Part shown: positions 28,602 through 38,925 of the stretch, piece by piece
Numbering within the stretch: the stretch's first letter is position 1
Layout of the letters: the number at the start of each line of letters is the position of its first letter
Source: a virus
UHGV virus genome: UHGV-0371278
Strand: one strand, 5' to 3'
DNA: 64,000 nucleotides
Notes under the pieces: generated by a model
What the model saw: only the letters and a program-made list of their open reading frames with translations
What the model was told of the DNA's origin: nothing
The model's database searches: none
Position numbers and translations under genes: made by a program

Positions 28602-29104
28602 CAGACCACCTCCAGTACCGATTGGATAACGTTAGAAATGGCTTGACGCGCAGTCTGGGCGCCAAGATAGCTACCGAAAACAAAAGTATACGTGTTGCCT
28701 TTGCGTCGTCCGTTGTTCTGTATGGTGTCGATGGCCGGACCCTTGATGATAGTCCCATTGGACAGAACGGTGCGGCCGCCATCAGGAAGAGTGGCCACGA
28801 GAGTCGTCATATCCGGGATGATGCCCGGAAGAAATCGGAATGATCCCTTTTTGGAATTGAGAAGGATGCGAAGGTTAATATCATCCTCGCTCCCTGCGAT
28901 GACGGATACAGATACTTCCAGAGGAGCAGCCTTGTCAAAGGCGAATAGGCCGCCGTCATAAAGCATCTCATATCCGAACGGCTCCAGCTCTTTGGAGGAT
29001 ATAGGACTCTCATCATCAGCGAACTTCGACAAGGAAAACCCCATCGGGAACGATGAGGCGGAAACTATTACAATTCCTGTGCCGAAGCCGCTGACGTTGA
29101 TCAT
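28601..29104 (-). CDS. tail tube-like protein (paralogue of 30217..30669; possible tube initiator/terminator)
   Basis: MINVSGFGT...SFPMGFSLSKFADDESPI aligns with MINISAFGS...TFPNGFTVTEFADDADPI. Confidence 0.5.
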   Translation of the reverse strand: MINVSGFGTGIVIVSASSFPMGFSLSKFADDESPISSKELEPFGYEMLYDGGLFAFDKAAPLEVSVSVIAGSEDDINLRILLNSKKGSFRFLPGIIPDMTTLVATLPDGGRTVLSNGTIIKGPAIDTIQNNGRRKGNTYTFVFGSYLGAQTARQAISNVIQSVLEVV

Positions 29105-29113
29105 GTCGATTCC

Positions 29114-29545
29114 TTACTTGCTGGTGGTTTTGCGAGAGGTGGCCTTGGCGGGAGCCGGGGTTTCCTCTTCAGCGGCCGGCGAGGCCGTTTCCTCGGCCTT
29201 TTCTACTTGGGCGGTAGTCGGGGCTTCCTCGGCGCCTTTCTCGTCGCCTTGGCCCGCTGCAGGAGCTTCCTGGGCGCCTTCCGGGGCCGATTCGGCCGCA
29301 GGAGCGTCGGTCGATACCGGAGCCGGGATGGTTCCGCCGTTGTCGACATTGGAATCGACGTTTACCGGGGGAACGGGAAGACCGGCCGGCGAGGAGTCGC
29401 CCTTGTCTGTGTTCTTTTCGCGGTCCAGGCCTTCCAGGTCTTCGACCGACGGGTTGAAAGAAGGAAGCGGGTCCAGGAGCGGCGGGTTTTTGCCGTCCAA
29501 GAATAGTTGGGTGCCGTTGGCGTATTGGATGCGGATGTTACTCAT
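29114..29545 (-). CDS. hypothetical protein with Ala/Pro/Glu-rich disordered C-terminus
   Basis: ORF with coupled neighbours. Confidence 0.4.
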   Translation of the reverse strand: MSNIRIQYANGTQLFLDGKNPPLLDPLPSFNPSVEDLEGLDREKNTDKGDSSPAGLPVPPVNVDSNVDNGGTIPAPVSTDAPAAESAPEGAQEAPAAGQGDEKGAEEAPTTAQVEKAEETASPAAEEETPAPAKATSRKTTSK

Positions 29546-29546
29546 T

Positions 29547-29897
29547 TCAAACTCCTGCAGTTACAGGTCCGTGGATGGTGATGACTTTCGCATCGACGCC
29601 GAAGACTTCACCGGTGATGTCGATGTCAAGTTGCTCGATGCCGGTCACGTCCGGCGATGACAAAATCGCATCGGCGATGGATTTTCGAGCGTCATCATAA
29701 CTCTTCTGCGGCGAGAAGATGTATTCGAAATATCCCACGCCGGCGTTCACATCGAAAATGTTTTCGCCGGTGCGCATGAGCATCGCCGCCCGAACGTCCT
29801 GGGCACACGCTTCTACATCCCTGAGAATGACCATGTTTCCATTGTCGTCCAAAAGGATGTCATTGTTCGCCCCGGTTCTGATCGTTGATGTGCTCAT
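29547..29897 (-). CDS. baseplate wedge gp25/W-like protein (DUF2634/XkdS-like)
   Basis: ILLDDNGNMVILRDVEACAQDVRAAMLMRTGENIFDVNAGVGYFEYIF pattern; ATG 29897 with GAGGAAAGA RBS. Confidence 0.45.
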   Translation of the reverse strand: MSTSTIRTGANNDILLDDNGNMVILRDVEACAQDVRAAMLMRTGENIFDVNAGVGYFEYIFSPQKSYDDARKSIADAILSSPDVTGIEQLDIDITGEVFGVDAKVITIHGPVTAGV

Positions 29898-30217
29898 TCT
29901 TTCCTCGTGGCCAGCGCCTGATATTCTGCGAACTCGACACCGTCCAGATAGAACAGGTTTATGCCGTCGCCGAACAACGTCCAATCGGCGTCACGGTCGA
30001 AAACGAAATTGCCATAGTCGGGTCGGTACTGGTGACTATACTGGAGAAGCGGAATTCCGCCGAAGCAGCGAACCCCATGGCAAACGATCACGTTGTCGCG
30101 GCTGATATCGGCATTCATCATATCCAGATTCTGGTACAGACGAATCTTCCAATAGCTGCTGCCGGCGTTAAATGAGATCGCCTGATTCGGGACTGCTGTC
30201 AGCGGAATCTTCTTCAT
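29894..30217 (-). CDS. hypothetical tail protein
   Basis: TGATG coupling with tube gene. Confidence 0.4.
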   Translation of the reverse strand: MKKIPLTAVPNQAISFNAGSSYWKIRLYQNLDMMNADISRDNVIVCHGVRCFGGIPLLQYSHQYRPDYGNFVFDRDADWTLFGDGINLFYLDGVEFAEYQALATRKE

Positions 30218-30669
30218 CAGCTAGTACCGGCTTTGACCACTTTCTCGAAACGGAATCGATACGGCTTTGTCTTCAGGCGACCGACGCTCGCCACCGCATT
30301 GATCAGAACGCCGTCGATTGGAGTGCCGTTGGTACAGGTGATTTTGCTACCGTCCGGCATCGCCACGACCAGGCCGATGACATCACGAGCACCCGACTTG
30401 TCTTTTCCGGTGCGGTTGGCATCCAGCAGGACGGCCAAGTTGCGCTCGCCCTCGGTGTTCGGGATGACGTTGACGACGACTTCCAGGATGTTGGCCCGGT
30501 TCCAAACCACCATATCGCCATTCAGGCCGACGCCGGTATCGGCCGCAGTGAACGGCGGGCTGTCGATGGGGTCCGCATCATCAGCGAACTCGGTCACGGT
30601 GAATCCGTTCGGGAAGGTTCTGCTTGCCGTGAATTGGGCAATCGAGCCGAACGCAGAAATGTTGATCAT
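30217..30669 (-). CDS. tail tube protein
   Basis: 150 aa gene immediately downstream of sheath. Confidence 0.55.
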   Translation of the reverse strand: MINISAFGSIAQFTASRTFPNGFTVTEFADDADPIDSPPFTAADTGVGLNGDMVVWNRANILEVVVNVIPNTEGERNLAVLLDANRTGKDKSGARDVIGLVVAMPDGSKITCTNGTPIDGVLINAVASVGRLKTKPYRFRFEKVVKAGTS

Positions 30670-30726
30670 TGCTTATTCCTCACTCCATTCATGGAAGGTT
30701 GCGGCGGTCGAGTCCGCCGCAAACCG

Positions 30727-32241
30727 TTAGATCATTACATCCGATCCTTCGACGAAGCGGATTGCATCGCCCTTCGAATAGATCAGGGTGTAGTTGGCCT
30801 TCCACTCGGTCAAGCCGGTGTTGCTGTTGGTATAGCTGGAGAAGGTGATGTTGATCCAATAACCCAAGGTTTGGACTTGACGCCAGGCGCGACGATCACC
30901 GGTGATTTGGGTGATGTACTGCTGTTGAACGGCGCTGATGTCCTTGCCATAGGTGAAAGTGCCGTTGGAAGTCGCCTTGTCCAGAACCGGCTGGAGGACG
31001 GCCAGAGTCATCGCTTCGCCTACCATGCTGGCCGGAACGGCGTTCACATTCAGGAAAAGATCCAGAAGAGCCTGGGCGATGGCGGACTTCAGCCAGATTT
31101 CGTTGGCGTAGACGTTCATGTCCACCGCATCGGTCGGACCGCCACACAGAATGCCGCGCTGGTAGAACGCGAGCTGTTGGCCGTTGGCCTGGGTGACGCC
31201 GATGTAGTTGCCACGGCTCTTGTCGACGGTGTTCGCAACGGTATCGTCGGACACGGTTATGTTGCGGCCAGGGAACTGATAGTACATGTAGTTCTGCGAA
31301 GCGCCCGGCTCGTCATAGTTGGTAGCAGCCAGGATTTCGCTGGGGCACTGCTCAACGAAGTCGTTGGAGGCAGTAGCAGACAGAACGTTCAACGCGGTTC
31401 CGGAGTTACCCTTCACCAAGTCGAAAAGAGCGCCGAGATTCGCCAGAGAGGTCGCAACCGTATAGATGAACTGGTTATTCTGAGCCGCGTTCCAGGTCGA
31501 CACGGCCTTGATCTGATCGTTGTCGAGGGTCGCCCCGGCGAACAGGAACGAGCCGAAGTTGTTGCTGACATTGGTGCTCTTGGCCACAGCCGCGTCGGGA
31601 AGATCGGCCGCCTGGCCGGCGACGTTCGTGACGTTGGAGGTGGACCAGCCGAGGGCGGTAGACATGTCCTGCGGATCGGCCGATTTCGCCACGGCCAGAA
31701 CGCCGGTGCCGATGGTAGCGCCGACCAAGGTGAACTGGTTGGTGTTCGGGTTCCAGGTGACGGTGGCTTGGGCCAACTGCGGATTGGTGTTCTTGCGGAT
31801 TTCGGTCTGAATGATCGACGCCACGTTGTCCATGGAAGTCGCGGCGGACGTATCGATGGCCGTGATGTTTTTCTCAGCCGCGCCGACCATGATGGTCAGA
31901 ACGCCTGCGGAAAAGCCGGCGAAGTCGGCGATGGTTTTCGGCAGGTTGTCACCAACTACCATCGGCGCGATGGCGGTGTTGACCCAGCGAGCGAAGCTGA
32001 TGCTGGATGGTGAATTGACGCTCTTGCTGATGAACTTGAAGTAGGCCGCAGCACGCTGGTATTCTTCAGACTGGGCGCCGAAGTAAGACAGCACCGCGTT
32101 GGCATTGTCGAACTCGATGACGATTCCAGGCGGAATGACGTTGTTGGTGGTCATGACGCGCAGAATCAGCTTTCGGCCTGCGACCGGAGCGCCTGCGCCT
32201 ACGCCGGAAATGATCCGGATATAACGGCTCTGACTGATCAC
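30727..32241 (-). CDS. tail sheath protein
   Basis: 504 aa gene upstream of tube; GTG start with AGGAGA RBS. Confidence 0.55.
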   Translation of the reverse strand: MISQSRYIRIISGVGAGAPVAGRKLILRVMTTNNVIPPGIVIEFDNANAVLSYFGAQSEEYQRAAAYFKFISKSVNSPSSISFARWVNTAIAPMVVGDNLPKTIADFAGFSAGVLTIMVGAAEKNITAIDTSAATSMDNVASIIQTEIRKNTNPQLAQATVTWNPNTNQFTLVGATIGTGVLAVAKSADPQDMSTALGWSTSNVTNVAGQAADLPDAAVAKSTNVSNNFGSFLFAGATLDNDQIKAVSTWNAAQNNQFIYTVATSLANLGALFDLVKGNSGTALNVLSATASNDFVEQCPSEILAATNYDEPGASQNYMYYQFPGRNITVSDDTVANTVDKSRGNYIGVTQANGQQLAFYQRGILCGGPTDAVDMNVYANEIWLKSAIAQALLDLFLNVNAVPASMVGEAMTLAVLQPVLDKATSNGTFTYGKDISAVQQQYITQITGDRRAWRQVQTLGYWINITFSSYTNSNTGLTEWKANYTLIYSKGDAIRFVEGSDVMI

Positions 32242-32257
32242 TGGATGATCTCCTGGT

Positions 32258-32839
32258 TTATGTTACTCTGCTGCTAATCGACTGGAGCATGTGAGCCGTA
32301 TCGACCAGCGGTCTGTTGAAACCCTTTCTCCTGACCGTAGATGCTGAGTTAGCAACCCATGGCCCGGTCCTTATGCTTCTGGCTATGTATCCTTCCAACG
32401 CCAGGCCAATCTGGGCAAGAGCTTGATCCGGCGTTATTTGTCCTCTGGCCAGCCTCATGGCTATTCGATTTTGGATCGCGGCGCGATCTGCTGAAAACAA
32501 GTTCCAAGCATATCGCATAAACGGTCGAGCCGGGATTGTGATCCGGTGAGGTTTTGTCACCTCGGTTTCTCCCGGAAAATCGTTTCTGACGAACCGAACG
32601 CCAACAAACCGACCCCGAACAATGGCGTCCCTAATATACCTGGTCCCGCCCGGATGGTCGATAGTTCCGCCGTACTCATTGAGGCGCGCGATTCTCGCGA
32701 CTTGTATTCCGACCGATCCACCCGCCTTATCAGGATATCGAGCGGTGGAATACCATCCGGCCGAAACGGACCTGCCGCGCATGGCTCTTAACATCTGTAG
32801 GTGTGCGGCGATCAGTTCTGAATCGCGTCTCAGGCTCAT
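32258..32839 (-). CDS. virion morphogenesis / tail completion protein (HK97 gp10 / Mu G-like)
   Basis: position between neck genes and sheath; ARPFM motif. Confidence 0.4.
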   Translation of the reverse strand: MSLRRDSELIAAHLQMLRAMRGRSVSAGWYSTARYPDKAGGSVGIQVARIARLNEYGGTIDHPGGTRYIRDAIVRGRFVGVRFVRNDFPGETEVTKPHRITIPARPFMRYAWNLFSADRAAIQNRIAMRLARGQITPDQALAQIGLALEGYIARSIRTGPWVANSASTVRRKGFNRPLVDTAHMLQSISSRVT

Positions 32840-33387
32840 ATGCCTATCAATACCCCATCGGCCGAATATGCTGCGTTTTCGTGCAGACGAATATACTGAT
32901 TGTAAGTGACAACCATGTCAAAACTTGGGTGGAATTCGAATTGATGATTGTCGTTTTCGAATGCCTCGTTGGATATATGAGACACGCGAAGGATAAGGAA
33001 GTCCAGTTCCTTGACTCGCTGAATGGTTGAACGAGCCTGGAAATAAGCTCTCACATAATTGGCGATATCGGCTGCCGTGACTACATGATCCAGATCAGGA
33101 TTTTGCCAATGAAGGGAACTTATCTGAAAAGTCGTCTCGACATGCTGTCGAGTGATTTCTACATATTTTCTGGTTGCGTTGTCCAGATGCCAATCGGTTG
33201 CCGGCCAGCCGCGAGGGATGTCAAACAGCTTCTGGAAGAAGATGGTAGGCTTGGTTGACGTGCCCTGTTGGGTCGGCTGGGCTTTCTGCACAACCTCAAA
33301 ATCAGGAAGCTGCAAAGTTTCTTTGGCAGACGTCATGGCGGCAGTAAGCTCGACCACCAATTTTTCTATCAGTTCGCCGTCAAACAT
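32836..33387 (-). CDS. hypothetical neck/tail protein
   Basis: ATG 33387 with AGGTGG RBS. Confidence 0.4.
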   Translation of the reverse strand: MFDGELIEKLVVELTAAMTSAKETLQLPDFEVVQKAQPTQQGTSTKPTIFFQKLFDIPRGWPATDWHLDNATRKYVEITRQHVETTFQISSLHWQNPDLDHVVTAADIANYVRAYFQARSTIQRVKELDFLILRVSHISNEAFENDNHQFEFHPSFDMVVTYNQYIRLHENAAYSADGVLIGI

Positions 33388-33394
33388 ACACCAC

Positions 33395-33766
33395 CTAGAA
33401 AGTCGGTTTCCCGTCATCGGTGAACTTGGCAGCACCGATATCCACGGCTAAGCAGACTCCCCAGCCGTCCTGATAAAACCAAGAGCCTTGAGACTCTAGT
33501 TGAAAAACCCTTCCGGTCCAGATAAACTGGTCACCGGCCAAATCTCGATCCAAGTTAACCATCTCAAAGTTGGCGAAGATCATGACGTAATTTCGTTGAA
33601 ACTCCAGATTGAACTGGACATACTGATCGCGACGAACCCTTTGGATGGAAGCGGCCAATTGGAATGGTTCGCCAAACACAGAAACGTACTGCGCCTGGCT
33701 ATTCTTCGTCCTCTGCTCGAATTTGCGATACTGAACGAGCTGCGTTCCTATGACGCTAAATGCCAT
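33395..33766 (-). CDS. hypothetical neck protein
   Basis: internal ATG 33766 avoids 139-nt overlap. Confidence 0.4.
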   Translation of the reverse strand: MAFSVIGTQLVQYRKFEQRTKNSQAQYVSVFGEPFQLAASIQRVRRDQYVQFNLEFQRNYVMIFANFEMVNLDRDLAGDQFIWTGRVFQLESQGSWFYQDGWGVCLAVDIGAAKFTDDGKPTF

Positions 33767-33789
33767 ACGCAGCAGATTCGCTCCAGGGA

Positions 33790-34257
33790 TCACCAGAACG
33801 TCCCTCCAACCTTCCGGAACCCTCGGCGTTCTGGAAGGCCGCCGATGTAGAATCCGCCAACGGCCTTGACACTCAGAAGCGCCCACAGTTCCTGACCGTA
33901 AGGCGTCCCGGAAAGCCACCACTGCCAACCATTCTTGGCAGGGGGCGCGAGCTTGGCAACGCTAACCTCGCCGACCGTAGCGCTAGTGATGAAACCGCCT
34001 TGGGTCCCACCTGCTGTGACCCCGCCACCGGCCGCGCCCTGAACTTGCATCGTCGACAGCGAAAGGAGGTGGGCCGTCAGAAGATACAGACAGGCCTCCA
34101 AAGCTTTGCCATTGAGAATTCGGTATGGAGAATCTCGATCAGAAATGAATTCGCACGCAATGTCGAAATAAAGCTGCAGGCGCACAGCCGGATAGGACTC
34201 TTGGTCAGCAAACTCCGGAAACAGCGTGCGAAACTTTTGCTCGTCGAAAATTACCAT
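33790..34257 (-). CDS. head-tail adaptor-like protein (DUF4054-like)
   Basis: FPEFADQESYPAVRLQLYFDIACEFI ... LLTAHLLSL pattern. Confidence 0.45.
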   Translation of the reverse strand: MVIFDEQKFRTLFPEFADQESYPAVRLQLYFDIACEFISDRDSPYRILNGKALEACLYLLTAHLLSLSTMQVQGAAGGGVTAGGTQGGFITSATVGEVSVAKLAPPAKNGWQWWLSGTPYGQELWALLSVKAVGGFYIGGLPERRGFRKVGGTFW

Positions 34258-34271
34258 ACCGAAACCCTCGG

Positions 34272-34709
34272 TTAAACCCGGAACTCTTGTTCCTGGGAAG
34301 CGCTGGCAGTAGTCACTTTAATCTTCTGCTTCAGGCGAGCAGAATCCAGAGGCTGAAAACCATCGCGCTCCATGGTGCGAGTCTCTTTCGCAATCCGCTG
34401 GTGGTCATTGGTGATGTCGGTTTTCACGACTCGCAGATAACCTTTCTCCATGTGCCGCATGAAGATTTTGTTGGTCTGGAGCAGTTCGAAATCGGAATCG
34501 CTCACCGCCGTGCAATCGCCCTGCGGCGTCCAGATCGGGCGCCCGGATGCGTCGGAAATCATGTCGCCGAAGCCGGATGTTTCGGATGCAATGCCAGCGC
34601 GGCCGCGAATCAGCACCTTTCTCTGGAGACGAGGGTTGGACGGATCAGAGGTGTCATACGCATTGTAAGACACGGATTGAGTCATTGCGGAAACGATGTA
34701 AACAGTCAT
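34272..34709 (-). CDS. hypothetical head-completion protein
   Basis: position downstream of capsid gene. Confidence 0.4.
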   Translation of the reverse strand: MTVYIVSAMTQSVSYNAYDTSDPSNPRLQRKVLIRGRAGIASETSGFGDMISDASGRPIWTPQGDCTAVSDSDFELLQTNKIFMRHMEKGYLRVVKTDITNDHQRIAKETRTMERDGFQPLDSARLKQKIKVTTASASQEQEFRV

Positions 34710-34772
34710 TGGCGTAGTCCTATTAATTATGCCCTAACCGGCCCCTACAACCGAGTCAGAGTCAGAGTGAAC

Positions 34773-34794
34773 AAAGGCCGGAAGCCCGGCCTTT
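34773..34794 (-). terminator. hairpin (attenuator/terminator) just downstream of major capsid gene
   Basis: AAAGGCCGG-GCTT-CCGGCCTTT on transcribed strand; weak U tract. Confidence 0.4.
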
Positions 34795-34810
34795 GGTGAG
34801 TCAGCATCGG

Positions 34811-35959
34811 TTAGATGCCGAGGTAGCGCACCACAGCCCAAGGGCGTTTGCAAAGAGCACCGGCAGTGCCGTTGGAGAAATCCTCCACATACGACTTCGC
34901 CCGCTTTTCGACGCCAAGGGTGATGAACTTGCTCTGAACCAGCTGGCTGAACACGCTGCCGCCATCGGTGCTGCCATCGACGGACGCGTCCACTTCTTCG
35001 ACGAAGAGGACCAGGGCGTCTTCCGGCGTTTGGCCCTGCATCTGGATGCCGGACAGCTCCGGAGCCGACACGATCCGCATCTTCGGATAGGTCTGTTCGA
35101 TCCAGTCAGAAACCGAAATGCCGTAAGGCGTGGTCACCGACAGGTAGTCCACCTTGCTGGTGGCCAGGGCCATGGTGATCTTCTCGGCCTTCGGGTCGAT
35201 CTGGTCTTGGCTCTGGATGCGCAGCTGGCGGACGGCCTCACGGATATCCCCGATGATACCCGCCCAATCGGCAGTGGCCCAGCCCTGGCTCGGCGGAGTC
35301 TGGAACGGCGGCAGGTGGGGGTCATTCAGGAAACCATAGGTGCGGTTGCCCAGGCCGCTCTGCCAGCCGTAAAAACCGATGGCGTTGCGGAAGATTTCCA
35401 GACCGATGGCCGCCTGCTGACGCTTGGTCTCTGCGCTGTTCAGTCGAATGGCCGAAGCGCGGCCCTCTTCCAGAGTACCCACGAGCAGACCCAGCTCACC
35501 ACGAACGATGGTGCGGCGCTCGAAGTTGGCGTTCCAACTGGTCAGCGGGATGTTGGTGTGGTCACCGTATTCCACCGCAGTGCCGGCCGGCTCAACGATA
35601 CCCTGAACGATTTCCTGGTCTTCCCAGGAGCCAACGGTGTCGATGCCGATGATCTCATCGATTTTCCGCGCGGCGGTCATGACCTTCACGAACCCAGGCA
35701 ACCAGGTCTGAAGGAACTGGATGGGGGTCGGGATGGACGGCGTAGTCACCGGGGCGGTGAAGTTGCTGTCCATGGCCGAGCCGGAACGGAATGCGCCGGC
35801 CTTCGCCAAGGCCTTGATCTGGTCCTGGACGACGGCGTGATCGAATACCAGGCCGATGCGACCCAGGGCGGCCACGGCTTCGTGGGTGATGTTCTTCAGG
35901 TCGAATGGCCTTGCGTGACGGCCTGCGAGGCGCGAATGGGTCTTACTGATATGGCTCAT
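34811..35959 (-). CDS. major capsid protein
   Basis: perfect AAGGAGG RBS; 382 aa; position after scaffold gene; hairpin downstream. Confidence 0.75.
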   Translation of the reverse strand: MSHISKTHSRLAGRHARPFDLKNITHEAVAALGRIGLVFDHAVVQDQIKALAKAGAFRSGSAMDSNFTAPVTTPSIPTPIQFLQTWLPGFVKVMTAARKIDEIIGIDTVGSWEDQEIVQGIVEPAGTAVEYGDHTNIPLTSWNANFERRTIVRGELGLLVGTLEEGRASAIRLNSAETKRQQAAIGLEIFRNAIGFYGWQSGLGNRTYGFLNDPHLPPFQTPPSQGWATADWAGIIGDIREAVRQLRIQSQDQIDPKAEKITMALATSKVDYLSVTTPYGISVSDWIEQTYPKMRIVSAPELSGIQMQGQTPEDALVLFVEEVDASVDGSTDGGSVFSQLVQSKFITLGVEKRAKSYVEDFSNGTAGALCKRPWAVVRYLGI

Positions 35960-35968
35960 GACGCCTCC

Positions 35969-36604
35969 TTACTGCGTGAGCTGGACGATGGTAACGCCAG
36001 CCACCAGATTTCCCGCCGACTGGGCGGGCAGGCTGATGGAATTGACGATACGCGCGTTGGGGATTTGAACCAGGCCGGTTGGCATGGCGCCGGCCTTGAA
36101 ACCGACCAGGGCGCCGGCCGGCAGGCCCAGGGCATTGTCGGCGGTAGGCAGTCTGTTCGGTACATATGCCACCGGATCGCCGTAACTCAAATCCAGAGCG
36201 GTGGCGGCGCCGTTGAAGATTTCGACAACCAGGCCGGTGGCCATGTCGAAGAACTCGCCTTCGGAACCATCGGGCAGGTCATAGCTGGGGGCCAGGGAAT
36301 CGCCGGCCGACCCGTACAAAGCATAATGCTTCGGGTGGCCGAGGATGCCGAAGAAGGTTGCGCCGCCGACCACGACTTCAGAAGCGCGCGCGGCAACGGT
36401 CTTCGGCTGGCCTTCACCGAGGGAGCCGACATCACCTGCGTAGCCAAACGCGCGACTGATACGGTTGGGTCCGGTGGCAGTAGCGGCCGGAGTGACGGAT
36501 GCCAGCGCCATGATCCGACCCGGCCGCGCCCGCTTCGGGCCGTCCTCGATCAGATCACCAGGAAAACCAGGAGTGTACTGGCGATAGACTTGTTTCTGGA
36601 ACAT
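35969..36604 (-). CDS. hypothetical head protein (possible decoration)
   Basis: between scaffold and capsid genes. Confidence 0.4.
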   Translation of the reverse strand: MFQKQVYRQYTPGFPGDLIEDGPKRARPGRIMALASVTPAATATGPNRISRAFGYAGDVGSLGEGQPKTVAARASEVVVGGATFFGILGHPKHYALYGSAGDSLAPSYDLPDGSEGEFFDMATGLVVEIFNGAATALDLSYGDPVAYVPNRLPTADNALGLPAGALVGFKAGAMPTGLVQIPNARIVNSISLPAQSAGNLVAGVTIVQLTQ

Positions 36605-36607
36605 GGG

Positions 36608-38050
36608 TTACTCCCCCTTCAGGTAACTGTCCAGCTCGGCGCACTGCGGAGCAGAACTGGCCGAATCCTGGGCTTTCGATTGACGGCTGGCCGCGCCACG
36701 AGCAGCTTCGACGCCTTTCAGGTACATGTCGAGCGCCAGAACTTCCTGGCCCTTCTCACAGCGGATCGCCAGCTTCTTCACGCCGTAAACAGCGACTTCA
36801 GCCGAGTCCATAGCTCGGTGATCGAACGCACCAACCACGGAACTAAGACGCTTGTAGAGGCGATCTTTAGCAGCAATGTCGCGATAGAGACCGCGAATTG
36901 CTGCATCTTGCGCGTTCTTCTGTGCCATTTCAGGAAGTTCCTCGCTGTTATCCTTGCTCTCACCACCATCGTCGCTGGCTGTTTGCGAGCCGCTGAGGCT
37001 GCTCTGCTCCTCCAAACCCTCGACGACATCTTGGCCTTCGCCATGTTCTTCGTCCGCCTCTTCGGCTACCGTGCCTTCCAGTCGAGCCAGAATGGCTTTG
37101 ACCTGAGAGATCAGTTCGGCGACTTCGCCTTCACCGGACATTTCGGATGCGGCGCTTTCTTGATGCTCCGGCTCGACGGCGGCCACGGCCGGATCGACAA
37201 CGGAAGGCTCCTCTTCCTGCTCTTCGTCGTCCTTCTGGGCACCTTCCAGAGTCGGATGCTCGGTCAGGTGCTCGCTGTCGGTCGGTTCGGCCGGAGCGGC
37301 TGCGCCTTCTTGGTGCTCCGGCTCCTGCGCCTGCGCCTCTTCGCCCAGGAACTTCTGGACAGATGCAGAGAGCTTCGGCCACAGGGCGCGCAACTCTTCG
37401 ACCGCCGAATCAGCAGCTTGTCCTGCGCGCTGGACAGGAGTCTTCTGCTTGGCTTTCTTGAGACCCATTTCATTACCCTCATCGGATGGTCTGAAATCAA
37501 AACTGAGATGGTCAAAGCACAGACCATCCAATACTCTGGCCCCCGGCACACGACCCTCTTTTACCAGGGCGATGTGGTTGCCGCGCATCTTGTCCTGGAC
37601 GACTTCATAAGGCGTTCCATTCCAGATGCCGGGTTGCTCAGTGTAGCGGCAACTATAGCCTAGGGACAGATCTTCCTTGCCCCTTTCCAGCTGATTCTGC
37701 ATGTTGCGGGAATAGATGCGGATATCGCCGCGAGCCCATGGAGCTTCGTAGTAGGCGTTGGCTGTGATGATGCCTTCCACGCCTTTGTCTTCGGGAGCCA
37801 CGCCGTCGTCATCGCCGTCGAATCCCGACAGCATTTCGTGCTCGTCGATCAGCGGGAGATTCTTCAGAGATTCGATGTACTCAGGATCGCTAACGGCAGA
37901 CTCCGGACGATACACGTTGACAATCCGCATCGGATCGCCCGGAAGACCGAGTTGACCGGCAGAATATTGGAAAATGCCATAAGAGCTGATTGGACAACCC
38001 TCGATGGTCATATATCCATTTTCGTCAATTTTTCTTTTCGACTTTGCCAT
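36608..38050 (-). CDS. head scaffolding protein / putative prohead protease (DUF2213-like N-terminal domain, long acidic region)
   Basis: 480 aa, central D/E-rich low-complexity region typical of scaffolds. Confidence 0.5.
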   Translation of the reverse strand: MAKSKRKIDENGYMTIEGCPISSYGIFQYSAGQLGLPGDPMRIVNVYRPESAVSDPEYIESLKNLPLIDEHEMLSGFDGDDDGVAPEDKGVEGIITANAYYEAPWARGDIRIYSRNMQNQLERGKEDLSLGYSCRYTEQPGIWNGTPYEVVQDKMRGNHIALVKEGRVPGARVLDGLCFDHLSFDFRPSDEGNEMGLKKAKQKTPVQRAGQAADSAVEELRALWPKLSASVQKFLGEEAQAQEPEHQEGAAAPAEPTDSEHLTEHPTLEGAQKDDEEQEEEPSVVDPAVAAVEPEHQESAASEMSGEGEVAELISQVKAILARLEGTVAEEADEEHGEGQDVVEGLEEQSSLSGSQTASDDGGESKDNSEELPEMAQKNAQDAAIRGLYRDIAAKDRLYKRLSSVVGAFDHRAMDSAEVAVYGVKKLAIRCEKGQEVLALDMYLKGVEAARGAASRQSKAQDSASSAPQCAELDSYLKGE

Positions 38051-38169
38051 CGTTAATTCGAAGAGTCGTGGACTATGGCTGTATTATATACGCAGGACAT
38101 CCAAGGGTAAATAAGCGGAACAATAATTAGATGTAGCCGCGACTGTTAATTTACACTAGAATCTGTATT

Positions 38170-38570
38170 GTGATCTAATTACCGGATTTCCTCAGCCGCG
38201 AAACTGGTAACTTGGTTTCGGAAATTTGACGGGATTTGTCTAAGCCTACTGCCGCAAGACTTTCAATCTTTAAACTAATCCAAATTACCAATTTACCAAT
38301 TAAAAATTGAATTTCAATACGTATATAGCATATAGATTGACGTTATATTATAACGTTCCTTATAGATGGATTCTATTAGAACGCTACTCCTAATTTCTCA
38401 TGCTATATACTTTTGCAGCATGCGGCGAAATCGGAAATTAGGAATTTAGCATGTTAAAGCCTTGCGGCAGTAGGCTTTCCAAATTACCGCTATTTCCCCA
38501 GAAACGGTAATTTGCGGCTATCCGGACCCGAATTTTTATTCAGAATCCGGATTTTCGCGGCATCATCAGC
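38170..38570. repeat. AT-rich noncoding element flanked by imperfect ~100-bp inverted repeats (core TIR AAGCCTACTGCCGCAAG / CTTGCGGCAGTAGGCTT)
   Basis: no ORF; internal palindrome ACGTTATAttATAACGT; homologous copy at 56390..56700. Confidence 0.55.
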
Positions 38571-38699
38571 CGAAAGCAATCAGGATTGAGACGCCGATGA
38601 TGGCCAGATCAACGGCGGCAAACTTCAAGCTGAAGAATCCGCCATGGATATTGGCCCTTATCACATCGGCCACGAGTCGGCGCGCGTATGTTTTTCGGT

Positions 38700-38906
38700 T
38701 CATTTCACGAGCCTCGACAGAGCGTCCACCAGGGCGCGAAGATCGGCGACGAGCTCAGGCGAACAATCTTTCGCCTTCTTCCCTTTCTCGCTGCGCTGGA
38801 CAGAATAGGCTATGGCGGCTGCCTGTTTCGGGTCTTTCCCTGCTTCAATCTCCCGCTTGATGTTTTCAGAACGGGCTTCATTGGAAGTTCCATGGACTAA
38901 CGGCAT
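38700..38906 (-). CDS. hypothetical small protein
   Basis: 68 aa downstream of MuF-like gene. Confidence 0.4.
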   Translation of the reverse strand: MPLVHGTSNEARSENIKREIEAGKDPKQAAAIAYSVQRSEKGKKAKDCSPELVADLRALVDALSRLVK

Positions 38907-38925
38907 ATCGCACTCCTATCGACGA

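Noticed and set aside
30172-32013. 613-aa + strand ORF opposite the sheath gene
   Set aside because: Antisense to a tightly coupled tail operon; low-complexity G/R/V-rich translation
34793-37663. 956-aa + strand ORF spanning the capsid-scaffold region
   Set aside because: GC-rich antisense artefact; the minus strand carries recognisable capsid and scaffold genes with strong RBS and coupling; the + product is Arg/Gly/Ala-rich low complexity
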